Source: a virus (Duplodnaviria; Caudoviricetes). From it: DNA of 64,000 nt. Under the pieces are notes generated by a model. It did no database searches, had not been told where the DNA came from, and saw only the letters and a program-made list of their open reading frames with translations. The position numbers and the translations under genes were made by a program. Where the stretch lies: the IMG/VR virus record IMGVR_UViG_3300048854_000081, positions 224,001 through 288,000 of that record; one strand, written 5' to 3'. Positions 28,477-38,656 of this stretch are shown here, piece after piece. Positions within the stretch are counted from its first letter, which is position 1, and every line of letters begins with the position of its first letter.

Positions 28477-30051
28477 ATGGCGATTAACAATCCAAAACTC
28501 AAAAAACCGTTTACCAAGATAACCTATACTCAAGAAATGATCGATGAAATGCGCAGATGCATTACCGATCCAGTATATTTTATTAAGAACTACGTCTATG
28601 TCCTTCACCCAAAGAGAGGTAAGATCAAGTTCGAACTGTATCCCTTTCAGGAAGAAATGATACGATGCTACCAAAACAATCGTTGGAGTATTTCCAAGAT
28701 TGCCCGTCAGTCTGGTAAGACAGAAACAACCTGTGCCTATCTAGCATGGTTCGCAATGTTTCAACCTGACAAGACCGTCCTTGTGGCAGCTAACAAACTG
28801 ACGAACGCCAAGGAAATCATTAACCGTATTCAGGGCATCTACGAAGAATTGCCGGATTGGCTGAAGCCGGGTATCGACGAAAGCGAATGGAATAAGACTT
28901 CTCTATCGTTTGAAAATGGTTCCAAGATCATGTCGCAGGCCACGTCGGTAAACACTGGTCGTGGTTTCGCTATTTCGTTACTATACTTGGACGAGCTTGC
29001 GTTCGTACCTCCACATGTTCAAGATGCTATGTGGGCATCCATCTTCCCTGTACTTTCTACGGGTGGTTCGTGTATCATCAGTTCAACCCCTAATGGTTCT
29101 GTAGACTTGTACTCAAGTCTATTTCGTAACGCTGTTACCGGAGAAAATGGCTTTGCTTACATTGACATTAAATGGTGGCAGGTTCCGGGTCGTGATGAGA
29201 AGTTTAAAAAGGATACTATTTCCAAGGTAGGTCAACGAAAGTGGGATCAGGAATATGAATGTCAGTTCCTTACCACTGAACATACGCTTATCGATCTTGT
29301 TGCTTTGGAACGTGCTGAAAGTTCGATGTCTGAACCAGCCTTCAAGGTCGGTGAACTATTCAACCAACCGTTCTGGAAGATTCCTAATCCCAATCTCACC
29401 TACATTGTGGGGGTTGACCCGGCTCAGGGTGTCGGCAACGATTACAGCGTCATTGAGGTCTTTGAATTCCCTACCATGGAACAGGTGGCCGAGTATCGAA
29501 CAGATAGCCAGTCACCAGCTACATTGTATTCTTACTTGAAGACAGTTCTTAGATTCCTAGAGAAACATGGTCGTGAGGTTTACTATTCTGTAGAAAACAA
29601 CGCGCTTGGTCAGGCCATCATCGCTCTGTATGAAGCGGATATCAATCCATTACAGAAAGCCATCTTTATGTCGGAAGACGGCAAGGATGTTCTAGGTTAT
29701 AACTCTAACATTAAGACTAAGAACAAAACGTTGCTTACTTTTAAGGAAATGTTTGAACGTGGTCATATCAAGTTGAATTCTAAGATTCTAATTGATGAGC
29801 TTAAGTCTCTGGTTCGAAAGGATAGTACCTTCAAGGCTATGACAGGTAAACACGATGACTGTGTTTTCGCTACATTAATCGTAATCCGAGTGGTTGAAGA
29901 TATGGCTTTTTATGACAGGAAAGCGTATGATAAGTTGTACTCTTTTCAACATGTCAAAACTGACAACTGGGCATTTGATCCACACAATGTGGAACATAAT
30001 GTTAATCCAGATGACGACGATATTGGCTACATGCCATTCTCATTCGGTTGA
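28477..30051 (+). CDS. Terminase large subunit (gp17-like)
   Basis: LYPFQ, RQSGKT, YLDELAF, SSTPNG, QEYEC, GVDPAQG, HDDCV. Confidence 0.95.
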   Translation: MAINNPKLKKPFTKITYTQEMIDEMRRCITDPVYFIKNYVYVLHPKRGKIKFELYPFQEEMIRCYQNNRWSISKIARQSGKTETTCAYLAWFAMFQPDKTVLVAANKLTNAKEIINRIQGIYEELPDWLKPGIDESEWNKTSLSFENGSKIMSQATSVNTGRGFAISLLYLDELAFVPPHVQDAMWASIFPVLSTGGSCIISSTPNGSVDLYSSLFRNAVTGENGFAYIDIKWWQVPGRDEKFKKDTISKVGQRKWDQEYECQFLTTEHTLIDLVALERAESSMSEPAFKVGELFNQPFWKIPNPNLTYIVGVDPAQGVGNDYSVIEVFEFPTMEQVAEYRTDSQSPATLYSYLKTVLRFLEKHGREVYYSVENNALGQAIIALYEADINPLQKAIFMSEDGKDVLGYNSNIKTKNKTLLTFKEMFERGHIKLNSKILIDELKSLVRKDSTFKAMTGKHDDCVFATLIVIRVVEDMAFYDRKAYDKLYSFQHVKTDNWAFDPHNVEHNVNPDDDDIGYMPFSFG

Positions 30052-30082
30052 TAGATAAATACTATTAATTGGAGATTGAGCT

Positions 30083-30598
30083 TTGAAAGAGCAAATATTG
30101 TTAGAACTCAGTTACTTCGACCTTGAAGGTAGAACTAACAACACCATGGGTCCAGAAAGAAAGCAGCGTGCCGGTAAGGTAAAGCTAGATAACCTAACTT
30201 TCATTCCTATGTCTGCTAATGGTAACCTTAAGGTGGGTTCCAACACTACGTCCAATAACGGTCACGATTATTGGACGACTCTTATGTTTGACAACATCAA
30301 TTACGTTGATGCTGAAGAGCCTAATAAAACCTTTAGCTTTACAGGTTCAGACAATACAGAGTACTTCATCCAGCGGGTTCCTAGGAATGCTAACGTTAAG
30401 GTGAACTGTTCCTGCTTGGATTTCCATTATCGTTTTGCGGTATGGGATAACAAGTTCAAGGCTCTTGATGGTAATCCACCACCTCCATATGTTAAGAAAA
30501 GCAATCGCCCATCTGTTAACCCAATGCAGTCTCCGGGTGTCTGTAAGCATGTGATTTCCTTAATGGATGATCTACGCTCACAAAACTTTTTCGTATAA
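30083..30598 (+). CDS. SWIM zinc-finger protein
   Basis: V.CSCLDF...NP...PGVCKH; late motif at 30055. Confidence 0.75.
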   Translation: MKEQILLELSYFDLEGRTNNTMGPERKQRAGKVKLDNLTFIPMSANGNLKVGSNTTSNNGHDYWTTLMFDNINYVDAEEPNKTFSFTGSDNTEYFIQRVPRNANVKVNCSCLDFHYRFAVWDNKFKALDGNPPPPYVKKSNRPSVNPMQSPGVCKHVISLMDDLRSQNFFV

Positions 30599-30758
30599 TT
30601 ATACTTGACAGAATAACTGTTAAGGTTTAGAATTCATTCATCTTCCCAAACAGATGATAAATAGAATAGTCAGAGGAACATTTCTGATTTAGAAGTAGCA
30701 ACACTTAGAATAGTAACACCAAGAAGTTTCGATAGAAGAATAATAAGGAGTATTTTAG

Positions 30759-31757
30759 ATGAAACCTAAGAGAGATTTATCTGCGATTCGCAGCGCACTA
30801 AAGGCCAAGGGCGAAAAGAAGACCACAGGCGGTAACAACCGCAATTTCGGTGACATGTATCCGTTCTGGAACATCGAAGAAGGTCAAAAGGCCATCATCC
30901 GCGTCCTACCATATGCTGGTATTGAAGACGACGCAACCAACCCATTCGTAGACAAGCTAGAACATGTTATCTCCATCAATGGTGAAGATAAGAAGATTCC
31001 GTGTCTGAACATGTATGGCGAGAAGTGCCCAATCTGTGCCCTATCGGCTAAGTATTACAAGTCTGATGGTAAGGGTTCGGTAAAGGGTAAGTACTACTGG
31101 CGTGACAAGAAGTCTCTTGCTAGCGTTTACGTAGTAAAAGACCCACTTCCAGTCAACGAAGAAACCGGTGAAAACGATCAGGGTAAGCAGAAGATTGTTC
31201 AGTTGGGTAACCAGTTGTCCGGTAAGTATGAGAAGGCATTCATTGCTCTTCTTGAAGATGAAGATGATCCAATCGATGACGTTACATGGGATTTGGAAAA
31301 CGGTCGTAACTTCGCTATCGTAAAAGATATGAAGGGTGAGTATGCCAATTACGAATCGTCTAGCAATTTCGCTAGCAAGTCCACTTCTCTACCGGCTGAA
31401 TTCATTGAATCGTTTGAACCAGTTGATCTACGTAAGTATCTTCCAGAAAATCCGGGTCTAGAAAAAGTCCAGAGAATGCTAGATGCTCACCTATCTGGTG
31501 AAGACTTTGAAGATGATGACAAGCCAGTTGCCAGTAAGCCAAAGGCTGAGGAAGCTGTTGAGACCAAGCCAGCCGCAACCAAGACCGCAAAGGTTAAGGT
31601 AGTGGAACAGGCCGAAGATAGTGAAGAGGAAGAAGTTCCTAAGACTGTCAAGAAGACTGCTGCAAAGCCAGTCGTCGAAGAAGCTCAGGATTCCGTAGAT
31701 GAAGATGGTGAAGAAGACGATTTCTTAGCTAAGCTAAAGCGTCGCAAGGGCGGTTAA
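30759..31757 (+). CDS. Single-stranded DNA-binding protein (gp32-like)
   Basis: YPFW, IRVLP, H...C...CPIC Zn ligands, G.NF.I.K, YANYE.S.F, acidic tail. Confidence 0.9.
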   Translation: MKPKRDLSAIRSALKAKGEKKTTGGNNRNFGDMYPFWNIEEGQKAIIRVLPYAGIEDDATNPFVDKLEHVISINGEDKKIPCLNMYGEKCPICALSAKYYKSDGKGSVKGKYYWRDKKSLASVYVVKDPLPVNEETGENDQGKQKIVQLGNQLSGKYEKAFIALLEDEDDPIDDVTWDLENGRNFAIVKDMKGEYANYESSSNFASKSTSLPAEFIESFEPVDLRKYLPENPGLEKVQRMLDAHLSGEDFEDDDKPVASKPKAEEAVETKPAATKTAKVKVVEQAEDSEEEEVPKTVKKTAAKPVVEEAQDSVDEDGEEDDFLAKLKRRKGG

Positions 31758-31773
31758 TCCCACCTTGTAAAAC

Positions 31774-31805
31774 AAAGGGGAGCTAACCACTCCCCTTTTC
31801 TTTTT
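31774..31805 (+). terminator. Intrinsic terminator
   Basis: AAAGGGGAG-CTAACCA-CTCCCCTTT followed by T tract. Confidence 0.8.
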
Positions 31806-31833
31806 ATACCATAATAATTATAAGGATAAATCC

Positions 31834-32952
31834 ATGAGTATGTTCGAAAAGTTTAAAAAAGAGTTTAACAAAGCTAGCGTGAAGGCTGGCATTCCTATCA
31901 AGAATCCACCACCAACATTCTTTATCGATTCCGGTAGCGTGATCCTTAACAAGATCATCAGCGGTCATTATGATCGTGGTTGGGCACAGGGTCGTCTTGG
32001 TGCGATTGGTGGACCATCGGGTTCGGGTAAGTCATTCCTAATCGGTAACGGTATCAAGGCTGCACAGGATCAAGGTTGTGCCATTCTAATTCTCGACTCC
32101 GAGAATGCGATGGATGATGATTACCTACAGGCTATTGGTGTCGATACTGATGCAGATAACTTCTTCTACAGAAGCGTGACCACCATTGAGCAGGCTGTCA
32201 ATGAAATGTCTACATTCACTAAGATGTACCGTGAATACAAGATGACCGATAAGGTTTTCATTGCAGTTGACTCCATTGACATGTTAATGACCAATTCGCA
32301 GGTAGAAAACTACGCCAAGGGTGAAACCAAGGGTGATCAGGGTCAGGCAGTCAAGCAGATGAAGGACATGTTGAAGTCTTGGACACAGGACTTGAAGACA
32401 CTTCCATTCGTAATGGTATGTGCTAAGCAGGTTTACTCCGAGCAGGACCGTATTGCTAAGTTGGTTGAACCATACGTCTTCACTGAAGGTTTGAAGTTCG
32501 CTTTCTCGCAAATCCTAATGATCACCAAGCTAATGCTTAAGGCTGATGATGTGGACGGTGAAGGTAAGGGTAAGGGTGGCGATAAGTATGCTGGTATCTG
32601 GTTGAAGGCTCGTGGTTTCAAGACACGTTTCACCAAGCCATTCCAGCAGGCCAAAATTCAGGTTCCTTATGAAACTGGTATGGATCGCTATTCGGGTATC
32701 TATGACGTAGCAGTAGCCACGGGTCTCGTTACGAAGGGTGGCGCATACAGTTACTACAAAGACAAGCAATTCTATAAGAAGGATTTCGGCAAGTATGCTG
32801 AAGAAGTTCTTGCTGAAATGATTGCCAAGGGTGACAGTGCTATTAACCTAACCATTACCGAAGATGAAGCTCCGGCTGATGGTCCATCGAAGGCAGAGCG
32901 TCTTCTTGCTAAGAACGGCTTAGTCTTAGCAGAAGTCGAAGACGAGGAATAA
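31834..32952 (+). CDS. uvsX: RecA-like recombinase UvsX
   Basis: GPSGSGKS, LDSENA, VDSI, KTRF.KPF, IQVPYETG.D.YSG. Confidence 0.92.
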   Translation: MSMFEKFKKEFNKASVKAGIPIKNPPPTFFIDSGSVILNKIISGHYDRGWAQGRLGAIGGPSGSGKSFLIGNGIKAAQDQGCAILILDSENAMDDDYLQAIGVDTDADNFFYRSVTTIEQAVNEMSTFTKMYREYKMTDKVFIAVDSIDMLMTNSQVENYAKGETKGDQGQAVKQMKDMLKSWTQDLKTLPFVMVCAKQVYSEQDRIAKLVEPYVFTEGLKFAFSQILMITKLMLKADDVDGEGKGKGGDKYAGIWLKARGFKTRFTKPFQQAKIQVPYETGMDRYSGIYDVAVATGLVTKGGAYSYYKDKQFYKKDFGKYAEEVLAEMIAKGDSAINLTITEDEAPADGPSKAERLLAKNGLVLAEVEDEE

Positions 32953-32954
32953 TC

Positions 32955-33518
32955 ATGATTCGCGAACTTCTTGAAAAAAGAATAAGCGATTATGAATCTA
33001 CGACAAGTCAAATCCTAGAGCTTTTTGGAGATAAACTCCTTAAAGCTCTTAGGTATTATACCAAGACGGAAAAAGAGATTCATATCGCTACCGTTAGACT
33101 TTACAAAAACAACAGAAATTTCATCATTAGCGAAGTTGTTATGAAGCTTGCCATTGGCGACAAGATAACAACCAATACTAATGAAACCCATATTGTGACG
33201 GCTGAGAACATCCATATGTTTGAATCCGAATCCTTGAAGATTTTACTTCCGGCTTCGGTGCTTGAGAAGTGTGGTCCATCTGAAATCCATCAAAAGCTCA
33301 AAGAAATGGATGATTTTATCAAAGCTCACGGTATGGATAAATTACACAAATGTATCGGGTCAGGCATTCTTGATCTAGATGAACTCCTTAATCCTGAGAA
33401 TGAAACATTGCTTGATCAGCTTACCGATCCTATTGAAACCATTATTGATGGGTTTGATGATTTACAAAAAGCACAGTATATGTTATTCTCAAGCAGTATG
33501 AGTAAGGTTGTTCATTAA
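32955..33518 (+). CDS. Hypothetical protein
   Basis: ORF in recombination operon. Confidence 0.6.
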   Translation: MIRELLEKRISDYESTTSQILELFGDKLLKALRYYTKTEKEIHIATVRLYKNNRNFIISEVVMKLAIGDKITTNTNETHIVTAENIHMFESESLKILLPASVLEKCGPSEIHQKLKEMDDFIKAHGMDKLHKCIGSGILDLDELLNPENETLLDQLTDPIETIIDGFDDLQKAQYMLFSSSMSKVVH

Positions 33519-33997
33519 TGATATTGAGAGAATTAAAAGACGAAAACGTTGACGATTACGTGTATGATATTCTGAAAGAGTTCGATGAGAAGATCAAAAC
33601 ATGGAAATTGGATGTTTCCCTAAAAGGTAAAAACATTACCATAGCTAATATCGAGCAGGCTGCATATCTTGCTCGATATGACCAGATCAAAGTAGACCTA
33701 AAATCCCTTCTTAGTTATTACGATATGCAGGTCAAGAAATCTCGTGGAGAGATTTTACAGACCATCTATCAGCATTCGACCATTGACTACTCGGCTTCCG
33801 AGAAGAACATGCTAATAGATTCAAACCCCGCATATCTTAAGTATAAGCAGATTCATTTGGACATCGAAGCAATGTATAGTTTGCTTGCTTCTATTTCAGA
33901 GCAGTTTAAGAATCGTGCTTACACCTTGAATAACTTGGTTAAGATTTACACGGCAAGTCTTCAGGATATTACTTTGGATGTCGATAATGAAGACTGA
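33518..33997 (+). CDS. uvsY: Recombination mediator UvsY-like
   Basis: Helical protein between uvsX and uvsW; ID...Y, F..R...L.N.VK pattern. Confidence 0.65.
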   Translation: MILRELKDENVDDYVYDILKEFDEKIKTWKLDVSLKGKNITIANIEQAAYLARYDQIKVDLKSLLSYYDMQVKKSRGEILQTIYQHSTIDYSASEKNMLIDSNPAYLKYKQIHLDIEAMYSLLASISEQFKNRAYTLNNLVKIYTASLQDITLDVDNED

Positions 33998-35489
33998 AAA
34001 AGTAGCAATCATTAAGATATTGGATGAAGTTAACTGTGTTGTAATGGGATTGGACGAAAAGGATAATAATTACTTTAAGAAGCTTTATTCTCCTTTTGCT
34101 GACAATTACTTCTTCAGCCCCAAGTACAAGCTAGGTCAGTGGGATGGTAGGATATCGTTCTACTCAAAGGGTGGTAAGACTTACGTCAACCTACTCGATG
34201 AAATCGTAGCTGAACTTAAGGCACGTAAGTACAAGCTAAAACTTATCGACAATAGAGAAATCTTTGAATTAAGAGTTCCTATGATTGATAAGAATTACTT
34301 TGCTTCAACTGACATCGAACTAGGTGATCACCAAGTAGAAGCGGTCAACTCCATTCTTAAAAATAATGGTGGTATCGTACTGGCAGCAACCGGTGCAGGT
34401 AAATCGATCATCAATGCTGCCCTTGCAGATGCTTATAATAAAGCCTATGGCTTTCGTGTGATCATTATCGTTCCTAACTCCGACCTTGTATCCCAAGGTG
34501 TAGAGGATTTCAGGGAGCGTGACTTAGATGTTGGCGAGTACAGTGGTGATAACAAAGATTTGAATCATGAAATCGTTATCAGTACATGGCAGGCTCTACA
34601 GAACAATCCTCAATTGATGGGTATGTTTAAGGTTGCCATCGTTGACGAATGCCATGGTGTAAAGGGTCAGGTTCTAAAAGACATCCTTAATAACTATGGT
34701 GCTCACATCTTTGTAAGAATTGGTGTGACGGGTACATTACCGGAGAAAGAAGTAGATGCATTATCAGTTAAGATTACTCTTGGTATACCACAATATACGA
34801 TCACTGCTAAGCAGCTTATCGATTCAGGATGGCTTGCAGAGCTTGATATTCATATCATTGAAATGATTGAAGAGAAGAAGGATGAATACGCAGCATGGTG
34901 TGAGAAGTTCCCTGAAGATGCCGAAAAGGTTTCGTACAAGGAATTCATGTCCACTGTCCTATTCCCCGACTATGATTCTGAGAAGCGTTATCTAAACACT
35001 AACCTAGAACGAGTAGAATATGTAACTCGTATCGTGGAATTGAATAGATTGCGAGACAAGGGCAATAGCCTCATTCTTGTGAACTCTGTTCCATCTGGTA
35101 AGCGTTTGGCCGAACTGATTCCGGGTTCCCACTTCGTTTACGGTATGGACAAGAAAGAGTTTAGAAAGAGAGTCTACAATCTGTTTAAGGATAACGATGA
35201 TGTTGTGGTAATCGCAACTTCCCAGTTAGCTTCTACAGGTTTGAACATTCCTAGAATCTTCTATCTGTATCTGTTGGACATCGGTAAGAGTTACATTCGT
35301 GTTATTCAGTCGATTGGTCGTGGCCTACGTAAGGCTCATGATAAGAATTATGTTAGTGTATTTGACATTTCCAGTAATTTACGCTATAGTAAGGATCATC
35401 AAAATAAGCGTGTTGTGCACTATAAAAAGGCAGAATACCCTTTCACGAAAGAAAAAGTAGAATATAACAAGAAGAAAAAGGTTAAGTAG
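33987..35489 (+). CDS. uvsW: SF2 helicase UvsW
   Basis: WDGRI, ATGAGKS, VDECH, GVTGT, STGLNIP, QSIGRGLR. Confidence 0.92.
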   Translation: MKTEKVAIIKILDEVNCVVMGLDEKDNNYFKKLYSPFADNYFFSPKYKLGQWDGRISFYSKGGKTYVNLLDEIVAELKARKYKLKLIDNREIFELRVPMIDKNYFASTDIELGDHQVEAVNSILKNNGGIVLAATGAGKSIINAALADAYNKAYGFRVIIIVPNSDLVSQGVEDFRERDLDVGEYSGDNKDLNHEIVISTWQALQNNPQLMGMFKVAIVDECHGVKGQVLKDILNNYGAHIFVRIGVTGTLPEKEVDALSVKITLGIPQYTITAKQLIDSGWLAELDIHIIEMIEEKKDEYAAWCEKFPEDAEKVSYKEFMSTVLFPDYDSEKRYLNTNLERVEYVTRIVELNRLRDKGNSLILVNSVPSGKRLAELIPGSHFVYGMDKKEFRKRVYNLFKDNDDVVVIATSQLASTGLNIPRIFYLYLLDIGKSYIRVIQSIGRGLRKAHDKNYVSVFDISSNLRYSKDHQNKRVVHYKKAEYPFTKEKVEYNKKKKVK

Positions 35490-35495
35490 AATCTT

Positions 35496-35984
35496 ATGGT
35501 AATTTCGGACGAAAATTCGTTTCCAATCCTAATCGATAACATATCGACCCCATTGAAGATGGACTATTTTTGGGTGTTGGATTTAGACAGAAGAGATTTC
35601 GTTCTATCCAAGATCGAGGTGCTAGAGGAACATGTAGGCCCGATCTTGGTCCTTGAGATATTCAAGTACGCTATTGAGGTTCCAGCTAACTGGAACATCC
35701 TAGTATATTCCAATGAAACCTCTCAGCTAGACATAGCTGAGATTTCAGAGGTATCGAGAGGTAATTTTACGGCGTTCGTATTGGATCACGAGAAGAGTGT
35801 CAATCTGCCGGGATACATTAAAGTTATCGACTACAAACCAAGGGGAGCCATTCAGACTCCATCCTTGAATAAGTATCAGATGGTATGTCATCATCTAGGT
35901 CCGAAACACTGGGTCTGCGTTTCACCGTTCGATGGCTATAATAAGTATTTAAAGGACGCCACCATTGGCGATATCCTTACGTAA
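35496..35984 (+). CDS. Hypothetical protein
   Basis: ORF directly after uvsW. Confidence 0.65.
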   Translation: MVISDENSFPILIDNISTPLKMDYFWVLDLDRRDFVLSKIEVLEEHVGPILVLEIFKYAIEVPANWNILVYSNETSQLDIAEISEVSRGNFTAFVLDHEKSVNLPGYIKVIDYKPRGAIQTPSLNKYQMVCHHLGPKHWVCVSPFDGYNKYLKDATIGDILT

Positions 35985-36002
35985 AATATAGAGAGAATAA
36001 TA

Positions 36003-36410
36003 ATGTCAACCCCAAAAAAGAAGAGTAAGACTGTCATCGTTGAAAAGATGACAGTTCCAGAGTTTAAAACATGGATCAAAGGTCTATGCGCGTTCCAAGA
36101 TGATAACTGGTTGCCTAACAAAAACCAGTGGGAACACATCCGCCAGCTAATCGATAGTCTTGATGAGACCAAAGTTCAGCAGATGAATACTTTCACGCCG
36201 GGTCAAAACGGTCAGAATACTTCAGTATCATTGCCATCAAATCCTTCACAGGGGGAAGCTGTCGGTCAGGTGGGTGCGCCCATCAACCAACCAGCCCAAG
36301 ACCCCTTTCGAACCCTTGCCGCAATTAACGCCGGAGCAACAACAAGAAGCCCAACGGGAGAGCAATTACTTCCCCCAATCACTAACTCCGGCCAATCTGA
36401 GTTTATTTAA
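36003..36410 (+). CDS. Hypothetical protein
   Basis: EFK.W..G.......W.P...QW..I N-domain plus low-complexity tail. Confidence 0.65.
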   Translation: MSTPKKKSKTVIVEKMTVPEFKTWIKGLCAFQDDNWLPNKNQWEHIRQLIDSLDETKVQQMNTFTPGQNGQNTSVSLPSNPSQGEAVGQVGAPINQPAQDPFRTLAAINAGATTRSPTGEQLLPPITNSGQSEFI

Positions 36411-36417
36411 AAATATT

Positions 36418-36972
36418 ATGAAGACGATTCTCAAGGATCGAATACTTTGGTTCGATGGCGAGATTACCTTTACACCAGATCAGTTAATGGATTACATTTT
36501 GAATGGTGGAGAGATTACTAATGGAATTCACGTCTCAGCCTTGACTGAAGATATTAAGAGTTACAATAAGCTTTACCCAAATCTTACTGTCAATGTGAAG
36601 CGTGACCTAGAACATTTAGATCATACATGGAAAATACCGGAAGCCTTTAAGAGTATAAATATTACAAAGTTTGTAGGTGAAAAGATGATGCAGGAGATTA
36701 CCCGTAGGGAAAATCTTGGCAAGTCACTTACAGATGATGAAGTCAATGCCCGTGTAGATCGCATTGAAACTGAATTGGCATTGTTTAAACAAAACGACAT
36801 GTCAATCATCCTAAAAGCGATCATATATATCATTGATGTATTTAAACGTAACGGTGTGGTTTGGGGTACAGGTCGTGGAAGCTCGTGTTGCTCCTACATC
36901 CTATATCTGATTGGTTTGCACAGCGTGGATAGCGTGAAGTACGAACTTGATCTAAAAGAATTTTTCAAATAA
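36418..36972 (+). CDS. DNA polymerase III alpha (DnaE)-like fragment A
   Basis: R...EL..F...I......GV.WGTGRGSSCCSYILYLIG.H.VD..KY.L...EFF matches DnaE GPGRGS...LLFERF. Confidence 0.85.
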   Translation: MKTILKDRILWFDGEITFTPDQLMDYILNGGEITNGIHVSALTEDIKSYNKLYPNLTVNVKRDLEHLDHTWKIPEAFKSINITKFVGEKMMQEITRRENLGKSLTDDEVNARVDRIETELALFKQNDMSIILKAIIYIIDVFKRNGVVWGTGRGSSCCSYILYLIGLHSVDSVKYELDLKEFFK

Positions 36973-36983
36973 GGTAATTAATA

Positions 36984-37334
36984 ATGGCTAAAGTAAAGAG
37001 TATGCGTGGTGACGATGTTGATGTTGATTTGATTAAGATGAAAAGTCAGATCATGAGCAGCAAGAAGACTGAAGCTACCATAAAGCGCGAAGATTTCATT
37101 AGTGATCGTAGACGTAGATCGTCCTCAAAGCGCGTCAGCGAACTACTAGCTAGTGAACAGGCTGTCCGTCAGAAGCTTGCAGAACAGAAAGAAACTGTAA
37201 AGGCTGACCCAAAGCTAGATGTAAAGGTTGAAGATCAGTCCTACATCGCTCCCGAAGAAGATTTTATTGAAGATACTTCGGTAGAAACCACAACCCCCGC
37301 CAAGAGCGGTCGAGTCATTAAAAAGCAAGGATAA
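36984..37334 (+). CDS. Hypothetical protein
   Basis: S.RG..VD.DL motif; RBS AAGG. Confidence 0.6.
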   Translation: MAKVKSMRGDDVDVDLIKMKSQIMSSKKTEATIKREDFISDRRRRSSSKRVSELLASEQAVRQKLAEQKETVKADPKLDVKVEDQSYIAPEEDFIEDTSVETTTPAKSGRVIKKQG

Positions 37335-37336
37335 TT

Positions 37337-37672
37337 ATGTCACGAGTACAAGATAATATCGCTAACTACAACCCACCCCGTAAAGGCATTATCTTTAAGT
37401 TTATTCAGGATATCTCTTCAGGAACATTCACCAATCAAACCGATTGGGGTCTAGAAGTAAGAAATCAGGTTGAAGATATTAAAACCCCACGTTGGGGTAT
37501 CGTCGAACGTCTAGGACCGGACGTTCCCTCCCATATCAAAGTAGGAAGCTACATTTTGATCAAGCATCTACAGTGGACTGAAAACTTCAAGGTAGATGAA
37601 GTCAAGTGGTGGGGTACCAATTACGAGCAGCTATTGGCTACGTCTGAGGTAGAACCTAAGGGCTTATTCTAA
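37337..37672 (+). CDS. GroES-like co-chaperonin
   Basis: G.V...GP.V...IKVG..ILI beta-barrel pattern; 111 aa. Confidence 0.55.
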   Translation: MSRVQDNIANYNPPRKGIIFKFIQDISSGTFTNQTDWGLEVRNQVEDIKTPRWGIVERLGPDVPSHIKVGSYILIKHLQWTENFKVDEVKWWGTNYEQLLATSEVEPKGLF

Positions 37673-37680
37673 GGAAGAAT

Positions 37681-38601
37681 ATGTTTATAATTCTGATGAT
37701 TTTATCAGCGGCAGCACTAGCTAGTGCTGCCGGTTTTTTCTCCGTATATGGACTTACTCAAATCTATGCAGCGGCAGCAGTCTCAGTAATCATTATGGGA
37801 ACAGCCCTAGAATTTGCTAAGCTTGTCGTAGCTTCATTCCTTCATAGATATTGGAACAAGATAGGGATTTTCCTCAAGTTCTACATGATAGTCGCTGTAG
37901 CCAGTCTAATGTTAATCACCTCGATTGGTGTCTTTGGTTATCTAACTGCCGCCTATCAGCAAGATAACATTCCACTGACTGAAATCTCTCAGCGATTGGA
38001 ATCTGACAAGACTGAGCTTCAACGTAATATTGATCGTAAGAGTCAGATTGATCAGCAGATAGCCAAGCTTCCTAATAGTTACGTCAAGCAAAGGAAGCAA
38101 TTGATGCAATCGTTTGCAGCGGAATACAACTCGCTTCAACCGAGCATTGACCGTCTGACTAAGGAAATCAATGAGCTTCAAACTAGACAGGTAAGTGTTG
38201 AAGCTAAGATAGGACCAATTGTGTACGTGGCTTCAGCCTTGAACCAAGACCCTAAACAGGCTATCATTGATCTAACCTTGCTGATCGTTTGTGTATTCGA
38301 TCCACTGGCCGTAGCTATGGTCATTGGTATTAACATTGCCTTGGAAGAGAGACGTAAGGCCAAGCAAGAAAGTAAGATTATAGAAATGTTCAATCATCCT
38401 GTTGAGGTTGATGAACCTGTCGATTCTCATGAAGAGAGTCATGATGAAGATGTTGATCCACCTGTGGAACCAGAAGTAGAAGAGGATTACGGTGTAATTC
38501 TCCCTACAGAACCCGAGGTTACATCGACACCATTGCTTTCTAAGAAAGACGTTCTTGTAGAAAGATTACGAAAATCCATCGCAGACGAAGGCTCGGTTTA
38601 A
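37681..38601 (+). CDS. Multi-TM membrane protein with coiled coil
   Basis: Three N-terminal TMs (FSVYGL, LEFAK, ITS.G.FGYL), coiled coil, VFDPLA TM. Confidence 0.75.
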   Translation: MFIILMILSAAALASAAGFFSVYGLTQIYAAAAVSVIIMGTALEFAKLVVASFLHRYWNKIGIFLKFYMIVAVASLMLITSIGVFGYLTAAYQQDNIPLTEISQRLESDKTELQRNIDRKSQIDQQIAKLPNSYVKQRKQLMQSFAAEYNSLQPSIDRLTKEINELQTRQVSVEAKIGPIVYVASALNQDPKQAIIDLTLLIVCVFDPLAVAMVIGINIALEERRKAKQESKIIEMFNHPVEVDEPVDSHEESHDEDVDPPVEPEVEEDYGVILPTEPEVTSTPLLSKKDVLVERLRKSIADEGSV

Positions 38602-38656
38602 TTGACCGAGCTTTCTTTTTATGCCATAATAAAGAACATTAACTTGGAATTTTTAT

